Assembly (NCBI RefSeq): GCF_036321535.1
Contig: NC_087437.1
Location: forward strand, 117,368,001-117,432,000
Reading direction: 5' to 3'
From: Camelus dromedarius
Lineage: Eukaryota
Length of the DNA stretch: 64,000 bases
The translations under genes and the position numbers were made by a program. The notes under the pieces were generated by a model. That model was not told the origin of the DNA. It worked only from the letters and a program-made list of their open reading frames with translations, and did no database searches. Numbering within the stretch: the first letter of the stretch is position 1; every line of letters starts with the position of its first letter. Shown here piece by piece: positions 37,374 to 50,895 of the stretch.

Positions 37374-39537
37374 CTTTTTTTCAGATGTACAATTTGATGA
37401 ATTTTGATAGATGTATATGCCTATGAAACCACCATCACAATCAAGATACCTAACATTTCCATCACTCCCCAAGAGGTGCAAATTTCAAACTCCCAATTTA
37501 TCCCCCATCCCCATAACCATAAGTTTGTTCTCTATGTCTGTGAGCCTGTTTCTCTTTTGTAAATAAGTTCATTTTTGTCTTTTTTTTTTTTTAGATTCCA
37601 CATATAAGCAATATCATATGGCATTTTTCTTTCTCTGTCTGGCTTACTTCACTTAGAATGATGATCTCCAGATCCATCCATGTTGCTGCAAATGGTATTA
37701 TTTTATTCTTTTTATGGCTGAGTAGTATTCCATTGTATGTATGTACCACAACTTCTTTCTCCATTCATTTGTTGATGGACATTTAGATTGTTTCTATGTC
37801 CTGGCTATTGTAAATAATGCTGCTATGAACATTGGGGTGCATGTGTCTTTTCAAATTAGATTTTTCTCCAGATATATGCCCAGGAGTGCAATTGCTAGAT
37901 CGTATGGTAAGTTTATCTTTAGATTTTTAAGGAACCTTTATACTGTCCTCCATAGTGGCTGCACCGATTTACATTCCCACCAACAGTGTAGGAGTCCTTT
38001 CTCTCCACATCCTCTCCAGTATTTATTGTTTGTGGAATTTTTAGTGATGGCCAATCTGACTGGTGTGAAGCGGTACCTTGTTGTAGTTTTGATTTGCATT
38101 TCTCTGACAATTAGCGATGCTGAGCATCTTTTCATGTGTCTGTTAGCCATTTGGATGTCTTCTTTAGAGAAATGTCTGTTTAGGTCTTCTGCCCATGTTT
38201 TGATTGGGTTGGGTTGCTTGTTTTTTTCTGTTTGTTTGTTTTGTTTTTTGTTTTTGTTTTTTGATATTAAGCTGTATAAGCTGTTTGTACATTTTGGAAA
38301 TTAGTTCCTTGTTGATTGCATCATTTGCAAATATTTTCTCCCATTCTGTAGGTTGTCTTTTCGTTTTGTTATGGTATCCTTAGCTGTGCAAAAGCTTTTA
38401 AGTTTAATTTTGTCTCATTTGTTAATTTTTATTTTTATTTCCATTGCTCTAGGAGCTGGTTTGAGAAAAGATGCTGTGATTTAGGTCAAAGAGTGTTCTG
38501 CCTGTGTTTTCCTTTAGGAGTTTTATATTATCCAGTCTTACATTTAGAGGTAGCTGTCCGGTTTTCCCAGCATCATTTATTGAAGAGATTGTCTTTTCAC
38601 CATTGTGTATTCTTACCCACTTTGTTGTAGATTAATTGGCCATAAGTATGTAGGTTTATTTCTGGACTTTCTGTCCTGTTCCATTGATCTATGTATCTGC
38701 TTTTGTGCCAATACCATACTGTTTTGATTACTGTAGCTTTGTAGTATAGTCTGAAGTCAGGGAGTGTGATTCCCTTAGCTTCGTTCTCCCTTTTCAGCAT
38801 CGTTTGGCTATTCAGAATCTTTTATGTTTCCATACAAATTTTAATATTTTTTTTTCCAACTCTGTGAAAAATGTCATTGGTAATTTCATAGGGATCACAT
38901 TAAATCTGTATAATGCCTTGGCCATTTTAACAATATTGATTCTTCCAAACCAAGAACACGGCATATCTTTCCATCCGTTTATGTCATCTTTAATTTCTTT
39001 CATCAGTGTCTTATAGTTTTCAGAGTACAGGTCCTTTGCCTCCTTGGGTATGTTTATTCCTAGGTATTTTATTCTTTTTGGTGTGATGGTAAATGGGATT
39101 GTTTCCTTAATTTCTTTTTCTACTATTCCATTGTTAGTGTATAGAAATGCAACTGATTTCTGTATATTAATTTTGTATCCTGCAACTTTACTATGTTTAT
39201 TGATGAGCCCTAGTAGTTTTCTGGCTGTGTCTTTAGGATTTTGTATGTATAGTACCATGTCATCTGCAAACAGTGACAGTTTTACTTCTTTTCCAACTTG
39301 AATTGCATTTATTTCTTTTTCTGCTCTGATTGCTATGGCTAGGACTTCCAAAACTATGTTGAATAAAAGTGGTGAGAGGGGGCATCTTTGTTGTGCTCCT
39401 AATCTTAGAGCAAATGCTTTCAGCTTTTCACCATTAAGTATGATGTTAGCTGTGGGTTTGTGATAGATGGCCTTTGTTATGTTGAGGTATGTTCCCTCTA
39501 TGCCCACTTCCTAGAGAGTTTTTATCATAAATGGATA
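37374..39537 (-). mobile_element. 5'-truncated L1 (RT, C-terminus, 3' UTR) with a chimeric 3' end
   Basis: Minus-strand ORFs 38812-39507 ([22 protein letters not shown]), 38597-38800 and 37938-38150 (HCWWECK); apparent small internal deletion near 38548. Confidence 0.93.
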
Positions 39538-39544
39538 TAAATGA

Positions 39545-40330
39545 AACTGGTAATTGTTTTCTTTCAATACACTGAAGATTTCATTCCAACCACTTTTGAT
39601 TTTCACTGTTGCTCCTGAGAAAGCAGCTACCAGTCTGTTAATTTTTTGCTTTAAGATTTTTTTTGTCTGGTATTGTGCAGTTTCCTGTAGATGTGGATTT
39701 ACTTTTCTCTCTCCTTTTTGGAATCATTGGACTTCCTGAGTTTGTGAATTGGTGTCTTTCATAAATTTCTGGATCATTATTAGCCAATATCCTTTAATAT
39801 ATCATTTCTGCTGGTTTTTCTCTCTGCTCTCCTTCTTAAACAACTGTTACATGGTCTCACACTACTCTTCTTTTTAATGTGTTTTTCATCTTTTTGTCTT
39901 TGTATAGAATTCCAGATAATTTCTTATATAATACAGCTTCTAGATCATGAATTCTCTCTTCTGATAGCTTACTATGCTGTCAAATTCATCTGTTTAGTTT
40001 AAATTTGGTTACTGTAGTTAAATTTGGTTCTTGTTATATAATGTATTAGTTCTTTTTGGCCACCGATTTTTGGTTTTCTGTTTGCTAATGATATTTCTAA
40101 GGTTGTCTTTCATTATTTGAACTTAGGAAACATGGATGTTTTATAATCTGATAATGCCAATATCTAAAGCCTATGCATGTCTGTTCAGCTGTTATGTTTG
40201 ATATATCATTATGTCTGTTATATTGTGCTCTTGTGTGGTTGACTTTCTTTGATTACATGCTGCTCATTGTCTTTAAAATTATCTGTGAGATTCCTTGAGG
40301 TTTAGGATTAATATGTCTTCCTCTAGTGGG
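39545..40330 (-). mobile_element. Ancient L1 ORF1-like / HAL1 fragment
   Basis: Degenerate T-rich L1-ORF1-type text (ctgttgctcctgagaaagcagctaccagtctg; ttctggatcattattagccaatatc). Confidence 0.55.
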
Positions 40331-41094
40331 AGTTTGGCACGTAGGTTCACTACCATTTTGGTGTATGTCAGCTTCACAACCCAAGGTTCCTTGTCTACTC
40401 CAGTGTTGTAAATTTGGGATTCAAATCTGCCAAACACCCACACATTTTGTGACAGATTTTTTTTATTTTCTTGTCTTTTCCTTTCTTTCCTTTCATCCCC
40501 TTTTCTTCTTTTATGTTTCCTTTTTTCTGACCCATGAAGCACCAACGGTTATAGTCTTCCCAGCCCTTTGTGGATGAAAGAAAAAGAGCAAGTCCATTCC
40601 AATGCTAAGGGTGTAACTTTTCATATGATAAACTACAGTTTGCTTGTCATCTTGAGTGATGACCCCTCAACAGCACACAAGCCCTGTACTTAGCCTTATC
40701 AAGAGAAACATATATATATTATTTCTCTATTTTTACACTATTCTACAGATGGAAATATTTAGCTAAAGAAATTAAAAAAAAATAAGCAAAGAAACAAAAA
40801 TGCGCATGGAGTAACTTTCCACTTGGCAGGTGCTCCCCCCGCATCCAGCGCAGGCCGGGGGGTGTGCGTAGGAGGAGGACCATGTGCTTGGCGTGAGCAT
40901 CCCCCCCACTACTAGTCCTCTCCGGGATCACATTCCTGCAGTGATAGGAAAACACCTTGAGGACAGGGCTCTTATTTCACATGTGTTTGTGCCATTCTTC
41001 AGAATTAAGCTTTGGGCCGATAAGCCACAGGTGCACAGTGAGTATTTTTCTGGCTAAAATAATTCTGGTGCCATGGTCTCATAATTATTAAAAA

Positions 41095-41645
41095 CTGGAA
41101 GTGTCAGAGTGATCACTTCCTTCCTGTTCCAGAGGATTACGTGCTTGCCAGTACAGCACTGTCTTTGGCTGCCAGCACAAGTCTCCCTCCCTGTTTCTCT
41201 GCAAACACTCCCCTCTGCTGACAGATGGGGGTGGGGGGACACATGACCCAGTACTGGCCAATCAGAGAGCGTCCTCTGCCCAGAATGGTTCATGGATGGG
41301 ACTATCGGGCAAGCTGGACTCCCCCGAGTCCTTTGAGAATGTTCTTGCTGGAATTTTGACAGAACTTCTGATGCTTTTGTCTGGGAGCTGGAAGGATGGG
41401 TTCCAGGCTGTTTTCTTCCATATTTCTTGGCATCTGGAGGAGAGGACACCAAGCAAACAAAAGACATGAGAGACAGAAAAGGGTCCTGTGGTACCAGCTC
41501 CCCTTTCCCTGTCTCTGGGTTCCCTGGAGATGTCTTGGCTCCTAAGCCTTTCCTTTAATTCTCTGACCTACCCAAGGCTCCTTTGAACAAATTTCTCTTC
41601 CATTATCAATTCTCTTGAATTGTTTTTCTGCCATTCATAGCTGAC
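41095..41645 (+). mobile_element. Old ERVL-class LTR (LTR16-like)
   Basis: ggacacatgacccagtactggccaatcagagag motif typical of old ERVL/MaLR LTRs. Confidence 0.55.
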
Positions 41646-42309
41646 ACTTCTTTCCTAAATTGTATTTTAAAAACAAGAAAGGAGTGGGCATAGTCAGAGG
41701 AAAGAAAGTTCACACCAGCTTTGATATAAGGTAGGGCAGGTAAACACACTTTTACCCATTTTCTTTGAGTGCAATTCTCTTGTCCCTCTGTTTCTTCTGT
41801 AGTTTTTCTTGGTCATTATCCTCAGATTCACATACCAGCCATGCTTTCTTACCATCCAAGATGGGCTGTGTTACTAATGGAAGAGAATGTTACCAGCAAT
41901 GTGGGCTTTTTAAAACAACTTTGAGGGAACAGAAAATAACGCCACATGGTATCCAGAAATCCCAAATGTTATGCCCTGCCCACACCAAGAAAAAATCAAT
42001 TTCATGGCACCAAATCCCTCTGGCTTACAGGATGACACTGAGGTTACACACCTGCTGTCCCCAACTCCTTCCCACTCAACCCCACCCCAATGCGGCCCGA
42101 GGGGGAGAAGTGTGAAGTTAAGTGAAGAGAAGGTATGTGTAGGAAACTGAGGTTTTCCTTTTCTTTTTTCTCCTTTAGTTGTTCTCATTCCCCCAAGACT
42201 TGCTCCTCCCCTTAATCCTTCTGTCTGCAAATAAAATATTGTCTTCTAAACCTGAATACAAGAAATATGATTAAGATTCAGGAATCGACTTCACCTATAG
42301 CAGGCACAG

Positions 42310-42775
42310 GTAAGTGCAGGGCAGCACTGTTCATTCTAGCCCCAGATGGGAAACAATCCAAATGGTATGATGGATCATACTGATGTGTTCATGTGGTGGA
42401 ATACTATACAGCAAAGAAAACGAATGAACCAGCTCTACAGGCAACAATGTGGGTGAATCTCACAAACATGATATTGAGTGAAAATTACACAAAGGCAAAA
42501 GAAGAAAATGCATTTACAAAAATTCCCCAAACAGGCAAGACTAATCAGTGCTGTTGGAAGTCTGGACAGCGGTAACCTCTGAGAAGAAGGAGGAGGAGAG
42601 CAGCTGGGTAGGGGGTCTGAGAGGGGCCTCTGGGTGCTGACAACATTCTTTTGCTTTTATGACTTGGGTGTTCACACAGGTGTGGTCACTTTGTAAGAAT
42701 TTATTGATTTGTGTACATACAGCTGGTGAACTTTTCTACATGTGACTTATACAGATAAAAAAGTTTAAAATAAAA
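42310..42775 (+). mobile_element. Old L1 3' end (L1ME/L1MC-like)
   Basis: ggaatactatacagcaaagaaaacgaatgaac...gggtgaatctcacaaacatgatattgagtgaaa. Confidence 0.75.
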
Positions 42776-43661
42776 CCAGTACACTAATGGGAGAAAAACG
42801 TCATAAAGGAAGTAGCACACTTTGGAAAAGCTCCCCATAAATGCTCAGAAGTTGGCTGAGGGGAAAGCCAAGGAAAATTGGGTGGGATCAGGGTTGAGCA
42901 GATGTGATAGGAGAGAAATTGAATTCAGAGAATGAGTTCTTTCCCTGGACTCCCTTGGAGCTCTGATATAAGTGGAATTTGGGCAGAAAGATTGCTTTGC
43001 AATCCAAACTGAAGTCCTTGAAAGATTTCCAAATAACTCAGCCTATTGCCAAACTTAAAAAGAGAACAATTAATCAGCTCATCAACTTTTAGAGAGTGTG
43101 AAATCCAAAATCTGTACATAGTTCCAAAATGGTTCAGTGAAACTAAGCAAATCAGAGCCAAGGGCACATCATAACACTCAAAGAACACGGCCATCAGTCT
43201 AGCAGCTGGGCCTCAGGCCAGAGCAGGAACACAGGGCTGGGTTTGTCATTGTTCTGACACCAAATGCAAAATAGTGGTATCTGTTGAGACCTGAGCCACC
43301 ACGAAAGTACTTCCAAAAAGGTCTTCACCTCATTAAAGTGCAAACCCAGTGGGTCCTGCAGGACTGAGGCTGGAAGGGATATTTTCTTGCCTTCCTTGTC
43401 CTTCAGGGTCTCCTTTGTCTGTCCTTGATGGAGACTAGACCAACAGGAGAGGAGCTTCTCAGCCCCTTCTCCGCCCGGCCCTCCGCCCTGACCCGCACTG
43501 CCTTCCCTCCAGCAGCCGCTCCTCTTCTTCGTTAGGACCCCCATCTGAGGGCGTCGCCTCCTCAACACTCATGGAATCGACCCCGGAGCTCACTTTCAGC
43601 CCCTCCCTCTCCCATCCAACGGGTCAGCAAACTCAGTGGCTTGCCCCTTCCCCCATCTCTG

Positions 43662-43835
43662 GAGCCGTGGTTTTCAACCTGAGCACACGCTGCAGTCACC
43701 TGCAGAGCTCGCTTTCAAGCACAGAGCCCTGGCCCTCACCCCTGGGGATTCTGATTCAGTTGGTCTGCAGGCCGAGCAGGGGCATCTGCACTTGGGAAGC
43801 CCCCTGAGTCTAACCTGCAGCCCAGGCTAAGAGCC
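43662..43835. mobile_element. MER5-like hAT-Charlie DNA transposon
   Basis: gtggttttcaacctgagc...gattctgattcagttggtctg...gcagcccaggctaagagcctc. Confidence 0.7.
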
Positions 43836-44249
43836 TCGGCTCCAGGCCGGCCTCTTCCTCTCCGTCGTGGCACCGCCTTCCCTTGTTCTCAGCCTCAGTC
43901 TCTCTTCTTCCACTATTGCAACAGCCTCCTAACTGCTTTGCCAATGTCTGGTCTTCTTAATCATTTACCGTGTTCCGTTGGTGTCCTAGCCCAACATTCA
44001 AAGTCTGCCAAAAGTCACTCTTATCTATTTTTTAACCTTCTGTTACCCCACCCACCCGTCCCTGCCTCTCTAAGTACACAGGTGCGCTCCCTACCTGTCA
44101 GTGTACCCGTACTTTCCTGGTACCTGCTGAGGCTGGGTTGCCCATGCCTGCCCCTGAGAGATAAAGGGTCCTTGCCTTGCTTTATCTTGTGTTTATTTCA
44201 AAACACCAGTATTTGTCAGAGATGTTTTATAGCTGTGCTTCAAGAGATA

Positions 44250-44662
44250 TGCAGTGGTTAACACTGTGAACCAGCTCTGACTGGGCCACAGATGCACAGA
44301 TGAGATCTGGAGACGTCCGAAAGTTATGCTTTCTGCCTGAGGAGTGGGAGGGGAGACTGGCACTCTGCTAGGCACAAATCGTGCAGAGTGCAAAGATGCC
44401 CGGAAGACTGAGCATGGCCCAGCTGCCCACAGGAATGTCCCCTCCTTTCCTAGAGCCCTGATGACATGCCTGCATCCTACCCCTTAAAATTCCTTTACTT
44501 CTCTCTCCTCCAGGAGAAGGTGTTTTTAGAGCGCAAGCCCTCACTTCTCCATTCCTTGATCAATGAATAAAGTTTCTGCTTTGTTGTACAGAACCTGGTT
44601 TTGTTTGGTTGGCATTTACAACTCTGGACAAAGTACCCATTGCGGGGTCTTTGGGGATCACA
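44250..44662 (+). mobile_element. ERV1-type solo LTR
   Basis: TATA-like cccttaaaattc, AATAAA at ~44566, ends ...ggggatcaca. Left boundary is uncertain. Confidence 0.6.
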
Positions 44663-46074
44663 ACACCCAGCTGGATCTCCATTCCTCTTGAAACCTTCCT
44701 AGGTCTTTCCATCGTTTAATGGCTCTCTTTCTTTTCCATTTTCTCCCAGTACATTGTTTATACCCAGGAGATACTCAGAGTCTGCCCAGTGTCCCCATGT
44801 ATGAGTGGATTTTCTATTCCAATGAGATTGAGAGATTCTAGTAGACAAGGCCCCTCCATTGCAGGTGATGAGTGACCTGATCTCCTCTGCATCTCGGATG
44901 ATGTGAGTAGAATTCCATCCAAGGGAGGGTTGAGCAATAGCCACTCAAATCATTCTCTGTGCTCTGTGGTTGGTCCCCAGCTGAGAAAGACCTTAAAAGT
45001 GGACGTTCTGTAAACTCGAAATACATGAGATTCTGAATCTGAATTCCAGAGACAATGGGATTGGAATCTGTGTTGGATCAATCATTCCACACCCTTTCCC
45101 CTCTTTCTTGCTCTACTCTCTACTCTAGAGGCCACCAAATAAAAATATTTAATTTTACAGGCTCCTTTGCAGCGAGGGTGGCTTTTTACAGAATTCTAGC
45201 TCAGGCAGAAGTCCCTGGGAGAGGCCTCTCTTGTGCTTACCCTCTTCTGTCTGCCTGGAATACAGATGTAATAGCTGGAGCAACAGCAGCCATTTTTTAA
45301 CCCCTAGAGTCATGTGGTAGTAATGATGAAGCCAGAAGACACAGGATGACGTTGTTTGTGTCGGCCTTAGCCTATTGATAATGATGCTGTTGGCTAGGAA
45401 TGCCTGGAGGCACCCACCTGAGCTCCTGCGGGAGTCCCCACAGACATTTCCCTGACCTGAGCCTATGCTGAGGCTGGGACTGGCCCTTGTGGTTCTTATT
45501 ATGATTGCAAGATGCACCTCAGCATTAACCACTGAAAAAGCCAGGTTTATTACTTGTGGGTTCCGGAGGGCACACACCACACCTGAGGGTGCACAGTCGC
45601 AGGTGAGTGAGTGTGCACTCTCTTTGCTGGAGTTGAGGATGGGGTGCGTAGGGTGTGGCAGGCTCACTCTTTATTGGCAAATTTACATGAGTCAGGAATT
45701 CAAGTGCAGGAAGGGAAACACAAGGTCACTCCAGTGGTCAGTTCTCTAGGTCACCCAGGGCTTTCTGAAAGGAGAACTTCATGGGTGCGACAGCCTGGTT
45801 CTTTACTTAGTTGTGTAGCTGGTAACGCATTTATTTGAGATGGAGTTCTTGGCAATCAAAAGCTCCATGTCAGCACTTAGAGTGCCCTCAGAAAGGCTAG
45901 TGGTCAGGCGTCCTCACTGCAAGTATCCTCGAGCGCTGGCATTGGCCTCGGACTGTTTACCACGAAACTTCACATTACATGAGAAAAGTAAATCTCTTTA
46001 CTTGTTTAAGCTATTCTGTGTCAAGTTTTCTGGTTTTGCCACACGCACACACACATACACAAGTGCCTGATATC

Positions 46075-46562
46075 TTTAACAGAGGAGTGAGAAAATTCTC
46101 TTCTTCCCTTCTAAGTTCCTTGGCTGGTTTAATAATTAAATCTACACAATACAGAGTACAGAGAAAATTTAATTACATACACATGTACGAGAATCCAATA
46201 AAAAGGTAAGACTCGAGAAGTGATCAGAGCAGGAAGCTTTTATATCTTTTGTACAAAGAAAATAAATTTGTGAAGAATTGACAAGCCAAAGGGGTTTAGG
46301 GGCTTGTGGTAGTAGATTGTGAAATAATAAGGTTTGTTTATACGATTTTCTCTGCCCTAAATTCCCAGGCGCTGGTGATAAGGGTGACTTCTACCCTCCT
46401 GGTACAGGGAGGGCACCTTCACATGGGAGATTTCTCTCTTGCTTTCAGGGAGACAGAGGATCAGAGTGTTCTTGTGACAGCTGTTTCTCATATATCTTTA
46501 ATTCAAAATAATCAATACACCAAAGCGGCATATTTTGGGGTGGCATGTTCTGCTCTCCTTTG
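46075..46562 (-). mobile_element. ERV1 LTR (MER34/MER39-group-like)
   Basis: Right end aattcaaaataatcaatacaccaaagcggcatattttggggtggcatgttctgctctcctt is typical of this group. Confidence 0.7.
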
Positions 46563-47246
46563 CTGGTCTTCGCAAAATCCTTCCCCCACGCTTCTGGTTA
46601 ATTAAAGGAGAAGGTTCTTAAACTCGCCTGCTTTAAGCTAACACCTTAAGAGCAAGGTAGGCACATCCAACAGCAATAAGGTACTTGGCAAGTATTTTCT
46701 GCAGCACGTTTTCCTTTAGCCTCTGATAAGCCTCCTACACTTACTGAGAGATTTCTGAGCACTTGCTCTCAGCCGCACTCTGGCTATGGAGTGGTCAGAA
46801 AGCCACATAGCGTCGCTGGCTGTGCTGTGCTGGTAAGTGGGCATGGGTGGACCTCTTCTGCGCATTTCCCGTTTCTGTGGTGTAAATACTGCCATCAGGT
46901 GGTTTCCAGCTTCCGACTGAGAAGCACACAACTGGCCCTGGGGGTCTGAACGCCGTCAGCAGCATGCCCCTGGGACTCAGTGCTCCCAAAGGTAGCACCA
47001 TGGCTTTGCAAAAATTTCCTTAAGGGTGAGTCTTAAAACACACTTCTTCAGATAAAAGGCTCCCCATGACAAGATCCAAGCCCAGGGGGCTGAATGGCTT
47101 TGGCCTTGGCCAGTGGCTTTCCCAAAAGTCTTGTCAAGAGCTTCACAAACTTCCCACTCCCTTTCTTTCGTGTCATGCAGGTTATGAAACACCCCATCCT
47201 CACTCTCACTTCTTTTGGGGGAGGAATTTAATAGACCTATTCTTCT

Positions 47247-47820
47247 TTTAAAAAATTTTTTTATTTTTAAAATTTATTTTTTTATTGAAGCATAGTCAAT
47301 TTACAATGTTGAGTCAATTTCTGGTGTACAGCATGTTTCAGTCATACAAATACATACATCTATTCATTTTCACATTCTTTTTCATTATAGGTTACTACCA
47401 GATATTGAATATAGTTCCCTGTGCTGTACAGAAGAAATTTGTTGCTCATCTATTATATATATAGTAGTAAATATCTGCAAATCTCGAACTCCCAATTTAT
47501 CCCTTCCTGCTCCCTTTCCCCTCTGGTAACCATAAGTTTATTTTCTATGTCTGTGAGTCTGTTTCTGTTTTGTAAATAAGTTCGTTTGTGTCTTTTTGTT
47601 TTCTTTTTAGAATCCACATGTAAGTGATACCATATGGTGTTTTTCTTTCTCTTTCTGGCTGACTTCACTTAGAATGATGATCTCCAGGTCCATCCATGTT
47701 GCTGCAAATGGCATTGTTTTATTATTTTTTATGGCTGAGTAGCATTCCATTGTATAAATATACCACAGCTTCTTTATCCAGTCATCTGTCGATGGACTTT
47801 TAGGCTGTTTCCATGTCTTA
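47247..47820 (-). mobile_element. L1 3' end (standard 3' UTR), 5'-truncated
   Basis: T-rich tail, then tttattgaagcatagtcaatttacaatgttg...atctgcaaatctcgaactcccaatttatccc...ORF2 C-terminal remnant. Confidence 0.9.
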
Positions 47821-48054
47821 TTTCTTTCCCTTTTTTTTTTTTTAACTTTTTTTATTGAGTTATAGTCATTTTACAATGTTGTGTCAAATTCCAGCGTAGA
47901 GCACAATTTTTCAGTTATACATGAACATACGTATATTCATTGTCACTTTTTTTTTTGCTGTGAGTGACCACAAGATCTTGTATATACTTCCCTGTGCTGT
48001 ACAGTATAATCTTGCTTATCTATTCTGCATATGCCTGTCAGTATCTACAAATTT
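47821..48054 (-). mobile_element. Younger L1 3' end, similar to the 3' UTR of the 16754-20824 element
   Basis: Reverse complement closely matches ~20620-20825; TSD tgtctta at 47814-47820 and 48055-48061. Confidence 0.9.
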
Positions 48055-49620
48055 TGTCTTAATAGGCCCATTTTTCTGACAGTTACGTTTGCTCATCTGT
48101 TCCAGGCTAATCTGATGTGTTCAAAATTGCTATGAATTATTTCTGTCTTTGGTTATTAAACATACTATTTCTTTATGCTGAAGTTTGTGGAAGGAATTCT
48201 CCCACGAGGAGGCATATGCACCAAACGGGGCTGGCCCCACAGTGTTGCCACCTGACTGTCGGTGATGTGGGGAGGGCGCCTCCCCTCTATGGAGCCTCAG
48301 CTGCCCCAGTACCACCTGCTCGCTTGGACTTAGGAACTTGCCCTTCCTCTTGGGCTGAGCTGGTAAGATCCCGATTATGTCACCTGAAGTTGTACGATTT
48401 CATTAATTGGACCTCATGACCTAGGGATTTGTGGTAAGTCTCTGGGTTTAGCTCCTGTTCCTGTTGTACTCTCGCACCGCACATCTGTTAGAATAGCTGT
48501 CATCCAAAACAGTAACAAACAAGGTAACAAATGCTGATAAGGATGCAGAGAAAAGGCTACGACCCTGCCCTGTCGGTGGGAAGTGTTTGCTAAGCAAATT
48601 AACAGTGTAATTGGGATCCCAGGGGGACTGTTTAAGTGACTGTCAAAGGCACATTACAATGGAGGATAATTACTGTTTAAATAAATACCTCAGAGTCTTT
48701 TCCTAGAAACATCTTGTGAGGCAAATGATCTTTGTTACCTTATACACCGAGAAACCATAAAAGCAGGCTTTTTTTTTTAAAAAAAACATTCTTCTGTAAA
48801 TGCAGATTGATGTGACTTTACTCTAAATTGTCAAATGAGAACTTCTAGTACACTCCGAAGAAGGTTTACAGAAACACTAATTATATTCTACAAGGATTGT
48901 ATTATTTTTAGCTCTAAACAAGATGTACAATGTTTCCATGTGACTCCAACTTCAGTGCAGAAAACTTGTTAGTCAATTCACTTCTATTGCTCGGTTTTCT
49001 CAGATTTAAAAATAGCATTTGTCTGCCCACACTGACCAGGACGTGAATGTTCGTGGCAGTTTTTATTTAGAGCAGCCCAAACTAGCAACAACCCAAATGG
49101 CCACCAACAGAAAAATGGATAAATAGGTTTTGATACATTCACACAATATAAATACTACTCAACCGTAAAAAGGAAATACTCACTATTTAGCCGACCGCAG
49201 TCTGCCCTCAGGCTCCCAAACAGTTGTGCCCATCCCACGTGCAAATTAGCCACCCCATGCCAGAGTCCCCGAGATTCTCAAATCTTTACAGCATCAACTC
49301 AAGTCCGTAATCTCATCTGTCTTATCGGCTCAGAAGTCCCAGATCTCATTATCTAAATCATGAAGTCAGGTATGGGTGAGACTCTGGGTATGACCCACAT
49401 CCTGGGGCGAAATTCCTCTCCAACTGTGGGCGTGTAAAATTAGAAGACAAGCTGTCGGCTCCCAAAGTACCACAGTGGGGCAGGCGTAGGATGATGTTAT
49501 AGACGTGCCTACGCAAAGGAGAAAATTAATAGGAAGAGGGACTAACCGGTCCCAAGCAATTAGAAATCCAGCAGGAGAAACTCCACTAGGTTACAGGGCT
49601 GAAGGATAAGCCTTTGGGGA

Positions 49621-50895
49621 AATCATAAAACTCCTAGAAGAAAACGTAAGCAGGAAGCTCCTTGACATCGGTCTTGGCCATGATGTTTTTGGATCTGGCG
49701 TCCAAAGCAAAGGCAACAGAGGCAAAAATAAGCAAACGGGACTATCTCAAATTTTAAAAGCTCTTCACCGCAAAAAACCATCAACAGAATGAAAAGGCAA
49801 CGTACTGAATGGGAGAAAGTATCTGCCAATCACATATCTGTCAAGGGGTTCATATCCAAAATATGTAAAGAGCTCATACAACTCAATAGCAAAACCCCAA
49901 ACAATCCACTTAAAAAATAGGCAGAATATCTGTATAGATATTCATACAAAGAAGACACACAGATGGCCAACAGGTACATGAAAAGATGCTCAACATCACT
50001 CATCAGCAAATCAAAGCCACAATGAGCTATCATCTCGCACCTACCAGAATGGCTATCATCCAAAACAGAACAAATAAGATAACAAATGCTGATAAGGATG
50101 TGGAGAAAAGGCCATGACCCGGCGCTGTTGGTGGGAATGTAAATTGGTGCAGTCACTGTGGAAAACAGTATGGAGGTTCTTCAAAAAATTAAAAATAGGA
50201 CTACCACATGATCCAGCAGTCCCACTTCTGGGCATTTATCTGAAGAAAATGAAAACACTGACTAGAAAAGACGTATGCACGAGCCTCTGTGTTCATGGCA
50301 GCGCTGTTACAACAGCCAAGATACGGAAGCAACCTAAATGCCCATTGACAGATAAATGGATAAAGAAAATTTGGCATATATATGTGTGTGTATATAACAT
50401 TATTCAGCAAATGAAAAAGAATAAAATCCTACCATTTGCAGCAACATGGATGAAACTTGCGGACATTATGGTAAGTGAAGTAAGACAGAGAAAAACAAAT
50501 ACTATATGATCTCACTTACATGTGGAATTGGAAACAAACGAACAAAAAACCATGTTCAAAGATACAGAGAACAGATTGGTGGTTGCCAGAAGCTGGGGGT
50601 GGAAGGTGGGTCAAATGGATGAAGAGGGTCAAAAGGTACAAACCTCCAGTTATATCATAAGGAAGTCACGGAGCTGTAAGTTACCGCGTGGTGACTATGG
50701 TTAATAATGCTGTATTGCATGTTTGAAAGCTGCTAAGAGAGTAGATCTTAAAAGTTCTCATCACAAGAAAAAAATCTAACTATGTATGAAGGATGTTAAC
50801 CAGACTCACTGTGGTGATCATTTTGTAATATATACAAATACCAAACCATCGCGTTGCACGTTAGACCTCCATCAAAATAAGTTCAAAGGAAAAAG
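49621..50895 (+). mobile_element. L1 3' part (L1MA9-like) nested in a MaLR-like element
   Basis: ORF 50114-50509 ([16 protein letters not shown]); 3' UTR gaaagctgctaagagagtagatcttaaaagttctcatcac; tttgggga flanks both sides. Confidence 0.85.

Noticed and set aside
37741..38304. 187-aa plus-strand hydrophobic ORF
   Set aside because: It is the antisense reading of an L1 ORF2 3' region, a common artefact.
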